A DNA stretch of 64,000 bases, taken from contig DF237116.1 in NCBI GenBank assembly GCA_000708835.1, positions 62,001 through 126,000 of the forward strand, given 5' to 3'. The position numbers were made by a program, and so were the translations under genes. Positions 1-13,600 of this stretch are shown one piece after another; positions within the stretch are counted from its first letter, which is position 1; every line of letters begins with the position of its first letter. Source of the stretch: Klebsormidium nitens (lineage: Eukaryota; Plantae; Klebsormidiophyceae). The notes below the pieces were generated by a model, which saw only the letters and a program-made list of their open reading frames with translations, ran no database searches and was not told where the DNA came from.

Positions 1-170
1 TTAACCCTGTGTTCTTGACCATCTTTTCCACTCTATCCCGACCCCAGTCAATAGCAGGGAGCCTCTTCCAACTTTCTTTCGAACCCACTTTGCTCAATAC
101 GAGGAGAAAGCTGTTTGTAAGGTTAATAACCATGTAAGAACCATGGTTAAGAATCAATGTCAAATATCGG

Positions 171-430
171 GGTTAAGCATGAGGGTTTCAACTAACCCAA
201 TTGAAGCTCCGTGAGGATTGACAGTACCGCGTCCTGGTTATTTAACATCCGGTATCTCCCCCATTTCGTAACTCCGATCTGACCCCCTTTTCCAGACACT
301 TTTTCGAGTCAATTCCGTAACATATAAAAGCCTGTTTGCAAGGTTAAGAATCAGGTTTCAGCTCACCCTTGAAGCGCGGTGGGGATTGACGGTACCACGT
401 CCTGGTTGTTTACCATCCGGTACCTTCGCC
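171..430 (-). repeat. Tandem echo of lipase exon end + donor (~170-bp unit)
   Basis: 201-257 matches 369-425 at roughly 80-85%; the flanking intron sequence is also duplicated. Confidence 0.85.
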
Positions 431-3400
431 CAAGCGCGATCCGGCCGTCGAAGAAGCCGACGAAGGCCGGGTTGCCGACACGTGGCGCGCCCGCGTTGAT
501 CATGCTGACGTCAGCCTGCGCGCGCGCGCGGACGGAGCAGGTGTTTGACAAAATGCTTTTTCAATGACCACCAAAACCTGGTTTGAGAAGACATCCAAGA
601 CAACACCATATCCTAGCCTTGCTTACACGACTTTGACAAGGAGCCTTTGCCATGCTCAGTCTAGGAGACTCAACGAAAAACTTCGAACCGAGCGGCAGCG
701 AACGCTTGCGTAGTGACTTCTCTTATAGATACTGCTCCCCCAGACTGAGAATACGATATACCACCAGACGCAGTGCTTTCGAGTGGTTAAGCTTTCTTAT
801 TTTGAAAACATAGGAATCTAGAAAGGACCGAAGACGATAAGCGTGAATGAGCGCAATACCTGTGGGAACTGCTCGCCGGCCCAGATGGCTCCTAACGTCG
901 CCAGCGCGCCTCCCAAACTGTGACCCGCATTGAAAACCCTGAAGAAGCCACGCGCGCATTTGTGAGAAGGAATTCAGTCTGGCACCATTGATGCTGACGC
1001 ACTTCGACTGTCCGAGTCAGCATGACGACAATCTCGAGCAATGTCTTACACGAGAGGAGTCGAGTCAGGTACGGCAGTTGGACGGTATAGAACGTAGTCA
1101 TCTGAGGTGGAGCTCGCTCAAACTCGAGGTAAATCAGGGTGGATGAAGTGTCAGACTCTTCTCGACTAGTGCAAGCAGCTTTGCTAATCTGCTCCAAGGC
1201 TCCTATTGAGATAGACTCCAGCTTTGTCAACCTGTCGTGAAGTATAAAATTCTTGAACCTTATCAAAATCTATGCAACATTTACACACAGAAAAAGGGCC
1301 CAGCTTACTTTGTGACGCTCTCCAAAGTGGCGTTCGAACCGTGAGCCGCCTGGTACGTGGCGACCATGGACGCGCAGATGTCGGTGGCGGGGTCGCCGCT
1401 CCCACCGGTGACTGCGGAAAACGCGGCTAAGAAACCGGCATGGACCTGCATACACACAAGAAGCCAGTGATGATTTTTCCTAAATAGTACAGACTTGTAT
1501 ACTGGTAACTCCATTTCAATTAAAAAGCAATTCGCTTAAGATTTTAAGTCCACCGGGTAGTTAAATCAAAACCCTAACCTTAAGATTCACGCGCTCCGCA
1601 CCCGAACCCACCCAAACAACCGTACTAACCCTACCCTAGCCGCCCCTTCTGGGCGCCTATGTTGAGCAGAATGCGTCTAAGTGAGATGCGAGTTATCAGA
1701 ATCCGACTCGTAAGAAAGAGCTATGAGTACTTGCGGACTTTCCAGTCTATGTCAGAGCAGACGCGTTCCGATTGTAAGTGCCTACAAAGGCCATGAAAGC
1801 ATTCCGTTGCCAAGGTTTCTCGTTGAATCAAAATGATGCAACCGCAAAAGATGCTGGTGGCAGACAAAGTTAGGAACATCCGAAACCTCAAGCGAGTGCA
1901 AATTCTCGTCAAACCCAGTTGCCTCATGCATTTACTTTGACAGACGGTCCGCTATCCCAATGCTTTAATCGGTTGATCGGACGTCGAGTGTGCGCTCAAA
2001 GTTTGAAAACAAATGAATCCCATCTCCTCTGTCAGGACAAAGATAAGTCAGTGACAGCATTCAACAAAAAAACCGAAGCGCACGTTCTTCCTAAAGTTTT
2101 GATTCAAATCCAAACCCAGTCTCTTCTCCCAAAGCGGATCATTCCGCCTTGGGAATGATTGCAACCGTACGTGAAAAAGAGCAGCCGACGTGCCAGCTAG
2201 ACGTCAGCAGATATTGACTTAATTCGGTTAAGCCGCCGTCAATTGACTCGATATTCCCCTCCGAAAGTCGAGCCGCCCAAAGAAGAAGGCAGCTGCGTAT
2301 GTATATTACGGCGTCGTCGAAACCTCGCCGGCCAATCTCATGTCGTCGTCATCAATCAATATGAGCGTTTGTAAAAAAGAACATAAATTCAAAGCAGATT
2401 CAGTAGCTGGAAAGCGATACGGACCTGACACCCCCCCGGGCAGTCCGCGTATGTATAAGGCCTCATCAGAAAGTTGCCGAAGTCTGTGATAACGTCTATG
2501 AAGCCCAACTGGGAGTCGACATCCGTACCGCGGAAGATGAAACCGATGAACGACGGGTCTTCAAAAGCGACCGTGTAAACCTGCGCGAAAGTGGTCAAGT
2601 CAAAGCCTGCTTAGCGGCGGAAACATGCGCTTGACGACTGGTCAAATCAAAGGATACAAACAGGCGGAAGACGTCTCTCCAAATGCGTGTGACTCTGGGA
2701 ACAAAACCCGCCGCTGCGACATAGTTTTACGGCTGGTCTAGCCTGACATGCTGAGGCAGCCAGGAAAAGGACTTGAATTGCAATCGGACTTCCAAGCGCC
2801 AAAGAAGGATGAACGAATGCATGCGGATTGTTGAGACGCCTTCATGTAAGTCGAAAGCAAAACAGCCGTTTGAGCGCAGTGAAGCTATCGTCAAAAAGCT
2901 CGACACCAACGGCCGGAAGTGCGAGCACGATTGAAGATGGGCAGACTCTTTCTAGATCAGGACTAATACAAAAAGAAAAAACCTTGACCTTGAAATTGGC
3001 CGACTTCAGACAGGGCGTTCTTCCTTCCGTCCGCTACAGCGACTCTACACCAGTTGGTCGATCTACCGTAATCTGTGTGATCGAGTCTGACTGCAGTCAG
3101 CTTATCTGGAAGCTCGACCTCAAGTCCACTGACTGACACCATGCAGACATATGTCTGTGCCTATCCGATTTGCGCCAGTCTGATAGTGTCAACTCACCTG
3201 AGTGTCGTAGATACTCGCAGGCAGCCCTTCTCCCACCGAGACCGTGGTGACACCAGGCCCGCGCTTTTGATTGCATGGGTGCCAGTCAGGTTTGCGGTCA
3301 GGTTAAGAAAACCCTGCACGAAAAGGGAGGATGAGAAAGGTAGTCTCGAGCTTAGACTAAATGTAGCTTTTAACATAGTTAGCAACGGCTCAAAAGGAAG

Positions 3401-6236
3401 ACATATGTTTCGGAACGCTCGGAAGCTTCAAGCGTTTGTGTGTGCTTCGAGGAACTAAATTACAAGGCTAATGAGCATGTCCAAATTTGTGAAGCTCAAG
3501 GGATAACATCTGCACAGAGACATTCTTAACGTGTTTAGTGGGCTACAAATTGCACACGCTTGAAGCCGAAAGCGGCCCATAAGATACGCTTTCCTTAACT
3601 GTGACACGTGCAAAACAAGAGAATTGAACGGAAGCGAAGCCTTTGAAGAAGAAAAAGCAACCGCTACGCAATCGCTCGAATCGCTTACCGGCAGGTCTTC
3701 ATATGCCGCACGCATGAGCTGCTCCGGGTCTCTCAATCCAGCGACCACGGCCTTGACACTCGGATCCGTTGAGCCAACCGGAACGGAACCCAGCAACGGA
3801 AGCGAAAGCGCCTGCAATTCCATTCGGATACACCTTGCTCTACTAGAATTAAGGAACCAATTACATTCCGAGAATCACTCTGGTATGATTCTGAGTTGTA
3901 TAGCAATCGCGCTTGCTAAGATCAGAAGGTACGGAATGAAATCGAACGACGAAGTGCGCTCTTGCTGCACACAACATAATTGCGCCGGCTTCTTGACGCC
4001 CCACTCGCACCCTCTTCCAGGGCCGGAGCACATAGCATCTGAGTTCCCAATTCGTGGTGGTCAACTTGTTCTCACGAAAACTAAGAGCAGGAACTAGCAA
4101 AAGGACTTGACCAGACGCCTGAGTATCATATGTTTGAGGGTCCGCTTTTGGTTAAAGTTTTTAGGGTTTTAGGCAAGTGCGCACTCCCGAACCCCAAACC
4201 CGTTCCAAGAAGTTTGCAGATACCCCAGTTTGTATCTCCAACCTTGACGGAACCGCTTGGAGTCGAAGTGTGCATTTGCCAGATTCTTCAGGTGCTCGAT
4301 CCAACTTAGCTGCTTGTGAGACGAAATATACCGTTCTTTAACAACGGTGGACTATGTTCTTCGTCCTGAGATCCCTGAAACTCGACCTAAGCTTCTATAA
4401 GGGAAGCGTGCGTCAAGAGAGCACGCAAGCATATGCAAGAACCATTCCACGAACCAGCCCCTCAAAGTCGCCGCCTTACTGAGCCGCTCAATTATGCTGA
4501 ACACGGCTTTTCCTTTTCCTCCTTTCTTAGAACCTAGCTATGTATAGACAGCAATGCGGAATAACTGCGCACAGAGGTAGCCAGCGCCACAGCGCAAACC
4601 GTTTTCCAACCTCTGAGTTTCTTAGTTCAATCTCTTGATTGACTAACAGTGGCCCGACCTTTAGGCGATACCGGCAAAGTACATGTTTGCAAGAGATTCT
4701 CTAATAACTCAAGTTGGCACTATATATAAGCTGGGTGGATGTGGCAGAGGACTCACCCCCAAGCCGGCAGACGCAGCAATCTGTTGCAGAATTGCAGGCG
4801 GCAGGCTCGCGGCGACATCTGAAAAGGGCAGGTTAGATCCTCCAAAGAATTGAAGGGCACATGCATGAATCAGCACCATTGCATGACAGAAATAATCGGG
4901 CCACCTCTAGTTGTCAATCATCTTTATTTTCCGCCTCAAACATATCGTCCTGACTGCACAAAGAACTTTGCTTTCATTCGAACAGGAGCAACGTAACAGG
5001 TCTTGGTGTTGCTCTGCTGATATGGTTCTCAAGCCACAATCTCAGTTTCATCGGATGCCCTTTTCTGTGGGCTCTGATGAATCTGACTTCCAAATTTTAT
5101 GGGAATCTTTTTCTTCAAACAAATCTGACTTCCGAAATTTTCGAGAATCTTTCTCCTCAGAAAGGGGTCTCAAAGAGCCTGGTTGAACATAACCTGACAT
5201 ACATGGAACATCAACTTGATCAAGACGGAAACACTAAACCAACAACAAGGACGACAAATGAACTTACTTGAGCTAGAATTTTGGCTGAGGAACGACGTCA
5301 CGCCTTATTGGAGAAGGTTTACGTTCTGGGATGGACAGAAGATGACTTGGTCAGCCGTGAGAATTCAACACAAGAAACAAGTTTGCGGTCTGGTGCAGAT
5401 CACAATCATCTGTATGTTCCACTGGATCCCATTATACTTTCCCGCGGTACTATTATACGTTGGAGACTGCTCGCACTGGGTTCTCTGTTATCAAGTAGCA
5501 CATTCAAACCCTAATCCAGACGACTCAGTCCCGCATCCATACCATCCTCACCCCTAGAAGTGGCACCCACTTTTGATATCTCAACTTTCTTGAATCCCAC
5601 ATCAGGAAGTCTATGAGCGGCCTGACTGGATTGTAAGTCTATCTCCAATTCTAATGCATCATGTATTTCTTAAAATAATATGCGCACTATTCAGCTGAAC
5701 AATTTCTGAAAGGGCCACTGGTAGTTCCACCTACATTTTGAACGGCCCAATGTGGGTACCCCACATTTCAGACACCGACTAGGAGCCTCGTGGCAGAGGG
5801 TTTATGGATACCCAAAGAATCTTCCAAGGAAAAGTCTTGGCCTTGAGCTCCAATCATCATCAATGTGGCGCCCAGACGAAGAAGAAATTGACTTCAGAGA
5901 ATTCAGAGAGCCTGGTCTATCTGCGCCGCCCATGCATGCACACAAATCAGCATGCAGAAGCGTTACGAAAACCCTAGAGCATGCGCCGAAGACTAAGAAA
6001 AAAAGAAGTGGAAGAAATATCGAACGTGCCTGCTGTTCCCCGGCAGGGGTGTCCGCTTGGCTGGGAATGAGCCCCCCCAGTAGCGGAAGCTGCAAAAGCT
6101 TCCGAACTGTTGCCCCCTCCACTTCAGAGGCGCCTGCGGCGAGCAAGACAGAGGTGGCGAGGAGCAGATAAGCTCTGCTGACGACATTGTTGCGACGACG
6201 CACGCCTGAGCGCTGCGGAGAGCTGAGTGACGGCAT
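367..6236 (-). CDS. Class 3 (fungal-type) lipase-like protein, probably secreted; multi-exon, 3' end beyond window start
   Basis: Spliced exons ~6026-6236 (hydrophobic N-terminus LLLATSVLLAAG), 4757-4818, 3689-3811, ~2427-2580 (FIFRGTD...D), ~1308-1442 (VHAGF), ~860-938 (GHSLGG nucleophile elbow), ~367-520 (GAPRVGN...RMVNNQDVVP). These are lipase_3 motifs in the canonical order. Linking of the 5' exons is less certain. Confidence 0.85.
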
Positions 6237-7052
6237 CGAAGGAGCGCACGAGGATATCAACAGCTATGCTTCAGGAGCTCTGCCCGTAAAAGGAACAGAT
6301 GATGCCAGCCGATTGGAAATTGGAAGGTTGGAAGGAAAGACAGCACGACGTTGTGCATGGCAGGCGACAGCAGCTGCAGCCTGCGAGAGTTCCGTCTAGA
6401 GAGCGCTAGGTACGGTAGTAGGTCGATGTACGCTTCATAAGCTATGACGGACCTTATGAACCGGTCGCTTCGGAGCCTGCCTCGGGAGACGCAATCCCAA
6501 ATCGTCGCCCCTGGACCGTAAGAGTAACTTCTTGGCAAGATGACCCGAAACCCTAACCGTTGGATATGCTAGGCAAGCCGCTCGAAAACACCTGCCTAAA
6601 CCCAGGCTGAACCTTGCTACCAAACCCCCGGATGGCGGCCGCGCCGGCCGCCCGCTCGTTCAATGGAGTCAGCGCGCGCTCGGCGGCCAATCATGATACA
6701 GCCCGCGGCCCGGCCGCCATGGGCTGAGTGTCGCTGCGTAATCGTTTGATAAAATGATTGCCTTACTAATCCCGGGATAGTTTATCGACTCTGTTTCCGG
6801 AAGCTTGGTGTATACCTACTACCGTATAGAGGCTTAGTATGATTGGAGGCCGGCCTCGCGTGCGGCGTATGTGCAACTCTCATTGAGTCCGTTCATGATC
6901 TTATCGTACGTCGTCAGAGGATATATGCGCGGCATGGAGCTCTGGCACGGGACCAGTAGGTTGATCATGCAGATAATTGGACGTTGGCATGTGCGTTAAT
7001 TCCAAACAAGCAGGCTCCATGCAATCGCGCTAGATCTCAGCGGTCAGTATAT

Positions 7053-7074
7053 TTAATGTTAACGTTAACATTAA
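7053..7074. repeat. Perfect 22-bp palindrome TTAATGTTAACGTTAACATTAA
   Basis: Self-complementary by direct reading; intergenic. Confidence 0.9.
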
Positions 7075-7654
7075 CATACTCTCTCTAAAATATACAACGG
7101 TATTCAATAACTTATCTAGATTGCATAGTCGTTCTGAAACTTTGACGGGTTCGTTATCTCCATCTGGCCAGCCTGGCCGCAATAGAACGGCACAATGATA
7201 TGTCGAAATCGCATACACCGTCGCCATCGAAATACTCAAAAGCACAATTGAACGCACCGTGACCACAGTGCGGCAGTCCGTGAATCGCTTTGCAAGTTGT
7301 CTTTGGCTCACTGTCGAGATGAAGCGCGCGAATGCCAGAGACTGAAAATGTACTTACGTCATTAAGGCAGGCTGCCATGTACGAAAACGCCATTCTAGCA
7401 TGCGGGCTCTCTAGTGCTGCCCACTCAGTAACCTAGCAATGCTCGTACATGCTACAACGCCAGCACATTTCAAGATAGAGCAAAGAAAGACAAAGCAAAC
7501 CCTCGTTATAAAACTATGCATTATTCGCCTCAGTAAGCAATGAAACATTACGTTCCGGAGGAATGCCTGGCTGGCTTGCTAGCGGATTACGCTCTTTGAC
7601 ACAAGCCAGCCACAGCTATTGCACCTTGCATTCAAACATCTAACTCGAGACTGT

Positions 7655-10600
7655 CTACACGGGCGCATAAACGACCACTGTGCGGGACGGAGTGTAAACC
7701 TGCAGACACATCAACGTGCTTTATGTATCACGCCGATTGCAAACTTGGTTTGAGTAACACATTACGCCGCTAGCTTCCAAGGCTTTCCAACAAAGTCATC
7801 ACGTCACTCCTGAGAATCATTGAGCATTTCGCCAGCGCCCAAGTGCCCCAGAACTCCGCTTCATAGTGCGAAAATCAAAAAGTTGTAGAAACGGAGCACA
7901 GATGTACAGGCAAGCGGTTCCCCATACGAGGAAGCGGCCTCTCGTTTTGCCGTTGCCTTGATGCGTGTTACATCCCATTGGACCTCTTGAACCCGATGCC
8001 TATGAAGCAATAAGCATCCAGCAACCTGTCAGCAGCAAGCGCCAGCGAAGACCAAACCAGGATGCCTGCTTCTGGAGAAAGAGAAGGAAGCAACCAGAGC
8101 AAAAGTAAAACCTTACCTGGAAAGAGTGGGGCCTGTTGTCGTGCCAGCCCTCGCTTGTGTGGAACTCGGCGCTGGGGTCCAGCCGTGCAAACCCGCCGAA
8201 CTCCTTAAGGTCCGAGTCAAGAACGATCTGGAAAGCGAGGAATTGAGTTAGCTTAACACAAATTCCAGAATATCGGGAGATTCGTGCAACCCCGCCGAAC
8301 TCCTTAAGTTCTGAGTCAAGAACGATCTGCCATACGCAGGGTTGAGTGTTTTAACACCTTTTTCAATGCTGGAAACTGTGCAAACCCGCCGAACTTCTCA
8401 AGGTTTGAGTCAAGAACAATCTGGTAAAGGCAGGATTGGGTTTGCTTAGCGAATCCTCAGGAAAGCAATCCGGACGTACTAGTAGGTATCAGGTCGGCGT
8501 CGGCGGATTCAAGCTCCGCACAAATCAAGGTAGTTTGATGGGCCCGTTCGACCAGTTGTCATGACATCCGCAAGCTCGGATTAGCCAACTGATGTAGAAG
8601 CAGCAGGCTTGATTCTTAGCGGGTGATGCGGCCAAGAAGGAAGTCAACAGGCTTGGAACTTTGCGCCATGTAGGTGACCGGTTTGAGGCAACCGACCTGG
8701 TAGTCGGTGAAGAAGCTGCTGTTGTGGAAAGTCGGAAACAAGGCTAACAACCGAAAACACTTTGCAATACGAAAAACTTCACCGTATAGAAGTCCAAAGG
8801 CGTAAAAGTCGAGATCCGAACACACCAACGACCACTCACCTTGTAGGTGCCCGGTTTGAGGCAGCCGACCCGGTAGTCAGTGAAGGAGCTGCTGTAGTGG
8901 AAGTTGAAGACGAACACGAGGTCGCCCCGCTCAAACACAATGAGCTTGTCGCCCTCGTCTTTCCGGCTGATGTACTGGTGGCGCGACGTCATGAACTGGA
9001 GAACGAGGAAACGTCCGATGTTTCGGTTAGTGAAAGGTTAGTGCAGGATTCAACGCGCCCTAATCAAATAGGACGATTTTGTCGGCTGATGTATAGGTGG
9101 CGAGTCGTCATGAAGTGGGCAACCGGAGAATACCCGTTGGTACCCCAACTGGCTTTCATGGATTCTTGCGATTCTCTAATGTTGATCGTGGATAGAGCAG
9201 GGTTTATTGCAAACACTGGGCAGGAGTTCATGATGTCCCGCCATCAGTGCACTTCGTTATGGTTATACAGAGTGCACTGATGGGGGACATCATGAACTGT
9301 GGACCCAAACTGCATTGAACTTTGAATATCGCGATTAAAGATTAAGCCTTACCCCATACTTCTCCTCCAGCTTGTTCATCGCTGAGTCAAAGTCATTGAG
9401 CCCTTGTAACGCATGTACGTTGCATCCGCCAGAACAGATTTATACAGGTTAAAAGATGCAATCCCAGAAGCATACAGTTTTGATTCAGCGACATTAGATT
9501 GAGCCTCACCACATACGTCTCCTCCAATTTGTTCATCGCCGAGTCAAACGATGAGGCTTTTGGACGCAGGCTAGTTGCATCGGCCAGAATGAAACAAACC
9601 TAAAACTGAAAATACAAACCCGAACACCATGGGATCGTATGCGCCTAGAGGCTAACTCCTTGCCCCGTACTTCTCCTCCAGTTTGTTCTTCGCCGAGTCG
9701 AAGTCGTTGAGCCCCTTCTAACGCAAATACGTTGAATCCGCCAGAATCAATTCAAGGCAGGTTGACAATAGCAGATTCAAACACCACTGAACCTTGGACA
9801 TCGCAACTGAAGCTCACGCCTTACCCCATACTTCTCCTCCAGTTTGTTCATCGCCGAGTCAAAGTCGTTGAGCCCCTTGTAACGCAGGTACGTCGCATCC
9901 GCCAAGTCGAACCGCCGCCGGCACAGGTGGTAGCTGCTGCCGTTGCCGGGAATGAATTTGCCCTTGGTGTCATATGTGTCCGACCGCGGGAAGTCGATCC
10001 ACTCTGCGAAAAGATGATGGTATCAAGATAGTGCACACCATTTTTGGGGCAACATTGATCGGGATGGCAGAACGAATTTGCCTAAAACAAGGGAAAGGCG
10101 ACTGGGCAACCGAGTGCGTACGGTTGAGCAAGTTGCAGTGCACCTTTCGGAGCTGGGCGTGTTGGGCACATCCTACCGAAATTGCCCGAGACTCCAGCGT
10201 GTTTACTAAGATTCGTAAATCGCCACACAGTCAGTATCAGTAAGCTTCTAGTCCCCACACGCAATGCAGCGCAGGTGCTCTTTCTCCCAAGTCGCTTCTT
10301 TTCTTGTCATCGACTCAAAGGCCAATATCAACCGAAAGTTTAAGCGGTGAAAAGCAGAGACGCTAGCGACCCTCGCTCCATGAGTGACGCTCTCGATCCT
10401 CGCTGGAGCTGAAAAAGAATAGGATTTGGGTACAGAGCTCGTCGTTAGTAGTTTACCTGGGTGCCCAAACTCGTTGCCCATGAAATTAAGGTACCCTTCC
10501 CCTCCCAGAGACATGGTGATGAGCCGAATCATCTTGTGTAGCGCGATGCCCCGGTCAATGGTCGGGGTGCTCGGGCCGTCGAGCGCCATGAAGTCGTACA

Positions 10601-13600
10601 TATCCTGCAGAGGAGAGTGCCGAATGGTTCGCCGATTGTGGAAGTGGGGAATAGTGGAAACATCTGCGGGTTCAAGCAGAGTTTTGGATCAAACTGGTGA
10701 TGAGAAGAATTATCTTGGGAAGCAAAATGGTCGATTGTTGGGGTGCTTGGGCCGTCAAGAACCATGAATTCATACATATCCTGCAGAGGAAAGTGCCGAA
10801 TGGTTCGCCGATNNNNNNNNNNNNNNNNNNNNNNNNNNNNNNNNNNNNNNNNNNNNNNNNNNNNNNNNNNNNNNNNNNNNNNNNNNNNNNNNNNNNNNNN
10901 NNNNNNNNNNNNNNNNNNNNNNNNNNNNNNNNNNNNNNNNNNNNNNNNNNNNNNNNNNNNNNNNNNNNNNNNNNNNNNNNNNNNNNNNNNNNNNNNNNNN
11001 NNNNNNNNNNNNNNNNNNNNNNNNNNNNNNNNNNNNNNNNNNNNNNNNNNNNNNNNNNNNNNNNNNNNNNNNNNNNNNNNNNNNNNNNNNNNNNNNNNNN
11101 NNNNNNNNNNNNNNNNNNNNNNNNNNNNNNNNNNNNNNNNNNNNNNNNNNNNNNNNNNNNNNNNNNNNNNNNNNNNNNNNNNNNGGGGTGCTTGGGCCGT
11201 CAAGAACCATGAATTCATACATATCCTGCAGAGGAAAGTGCCGAATGGTTCGCCGATTTTGGAAGTGGGAACATCTGCGGGTTCAAGCCGAGTTCTGGAT
11301 CAAACTGGTGATGAGAAGAATAATCTTGGGAAGCAAAATGGTCGATTGGTGGGGTGCTTGGGCCGTCGAGCGCCACGATGTCATACATGTCCTGCAAAGG
11401 AGAGTGCCGAATGGTTCGCTGATATTAGAAGTGCGGGTTGATTTGAGACAAAAGTATCGAGGTTTGTGCGTTCAGGCGGGAAGTTACAGCATCGTCCTGA
11501 TAAACGAATCGTCTTTTAGAGCACGATACCGCGGAGGATTATTAGGGTGCTCGGGCCTTCAAGCGCCATGAAGCCGTACTTGTCCCGCAGAGGAATGTGC
11601 GAATCAGAACTTGCGGTCCTTTTTGAGTCCGCTGACCTGCGCGTTTGATTCAAGGCATCATCTCGACGTGCGGGGTTTGAGCCATCAATGTTAAGTAGAC
11701 GAAAATGTCATGGAGGGCAATGCTGTGCTCGATCGCGGGGGCTGACGGATCTAGGAGTACAGGCAGAGCTACAACTGTATCGTCAGGCGCAGACATTCTT
11801 GCAGTCGCTTTCGACATCAGGACAGCTGTTCCAAGCGCCTCAGCTCACCAACTCCATACCTGGTCTGTCTAACGTTTACAGTGACCCTTCAGTGACGCGG
11901 TCTGAAGACGAGCGGATCAAGTACCCCGAAGGACGCTAGAACAACGGCCTGAGACCGCAGAAGTAGTAAGAAAACAGCCGCAGCTTCGGCGTGCACAATC
12001 CAGCTTCCCAATCACTTGGCTGGATTGGTTTTCAAAGTTTGCAAATTTTGACCAGTCCACGAGCAAATCCAAACACAGCCAATGTCAACAATCGACCCCT
12101 GTGGCCCAGACCAAGGCCAAAGCACGACTGGAAGTAACGGCTATTCTGAATGCAAAGCGAGAGGTGGTGGTGGTAACCTACATGCGCCCAGTCACCGCTT
12201 TTGAGGGGCCGGCCCTTTGGCTAGCACAATCCCTTGTCTGGAATCTAAACGCACTCAGTGCGTCCAAGAACATGCTACTCGGAAAGAAGCTTCACCAGAT
12301 CCATGTGCCAGAAACCAATTATCTTTCCCTGGAGGCAGCGGTTCGGCGCGGGAAGACTTTCCGAAAATTGCATGAGCACAGACGTCGTAAACGACAGATA
12401 CCAACGCTTCATGTTCCAGCCAAAGAGGGGAAACAGAAGGGAGAACCAGGCGCAGAGACCGTATCACCGGCAAAGCCTTTGAACCCTCGAACCCTAAGAC
12501 CATGACAGCCTCAAACCTGTCCTTGTCCATGAAGAACCAGCCGCAGAGACCGTACGACCCTGAAAGGTCTGGGACTCCCAAACCCCAAAACCTTAACAGC
12601 CTAAAACCTCACCTTGTCCAAAACCAGGCTCAGGAACCTTACGACCTGAAAGGCCAAAAACTCTCGAACCCTAAAACTTTGACAGCCTGAAACCTCACCT
12701 TGTCCATCAGCCAGAAGGCGATAGTCTTGTCTCCCACGAGCGCCTGGTCGTGGCTCTCCGCGTATGCGACGCACTTCTCCTGGTGCCGCCGGTTGGTGAG
12801 GGTGTGAACGATGTTGCCCATGTCCCAGTCTTCGTCCCGCCTGCTGATGGAAGGACGCATGAGTACTCCTTGAGAGATTTTTGCCATCATACTTAGAACC
12901 TGATTGTCTAAGGAAATCAATCCGTTGGTCCTAGCTTAAGACACTGTCTTCAAACCATCATGGAGAAGGACTTCCACTTCTTTCGAATCGCTCACTGCCC
13001 GAGCTGGTATGCATGTGCGCAACATAACACTTATCTCAGTCCTCGTTCTGTCTAAGCTGATGACACGCTTGAGGGCTCCTCAAGAAGCTCTTGCCTCGCA
13101 ATACTAAATTCTGACCCCAGAAAAACAAGGGCAAGGAAACTCGGAACACATTCATATACAGCCGGGGAAGTGGAAGGAGACAACGGCAGGGCTTCGGGCA
13201 TAGCAACAGAATAGAAGGAACCAGTCTTGTCTAGAAACAAAAAGACGTCCTTCCTTTCTTTCACCTCTTTGAAGAGGCTATTCCTCGCCCATTCCCAGGC
13301 ATCTGACCAGATTTTTCTGGCCTCTTTTGGAAACCAAAACATGGCAGTCCATTTCATCAGCTGTTGCTCGCGTTTCCCTCTCGCAACGGCATTGTTCCGA
13401 CTCACTCTCCAAGGACTTCGATCCACTTGTCGGCCACCGCCATCTGCAGCCGGTAGTCGAAGCCCACTCCTCCCTCGGGCACGGGAACAGCAACCGTGGG
13501 CATCCCGCTAACCTGCACAATGAACCGCAGTGAAGCAGTCAGAACACAGCTTCGAAAGAACAGAGGACTTATATGTAAATACATCAGCAATTTCTACAAT

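Noticed and set aside
5281-5514. Plus-strand ORF MAEERRHALLEKVYVLGW inside a lipase intron
   Set aside because: No recognisable domain or splice context.
10740-11257. Apparent identical extra echo on both sides of the N gap
   Set aside because: The left contig ends with exactly the 73 nt that start the right contig, the signature of an unmerged overlap. Counted as one copy.
10529-11441. Long ORFs in the track spanning the gap, and the many short antisense ORFs over GC-rich exons
   Set aside because: Artefacts of N runs or shadows of real exons.
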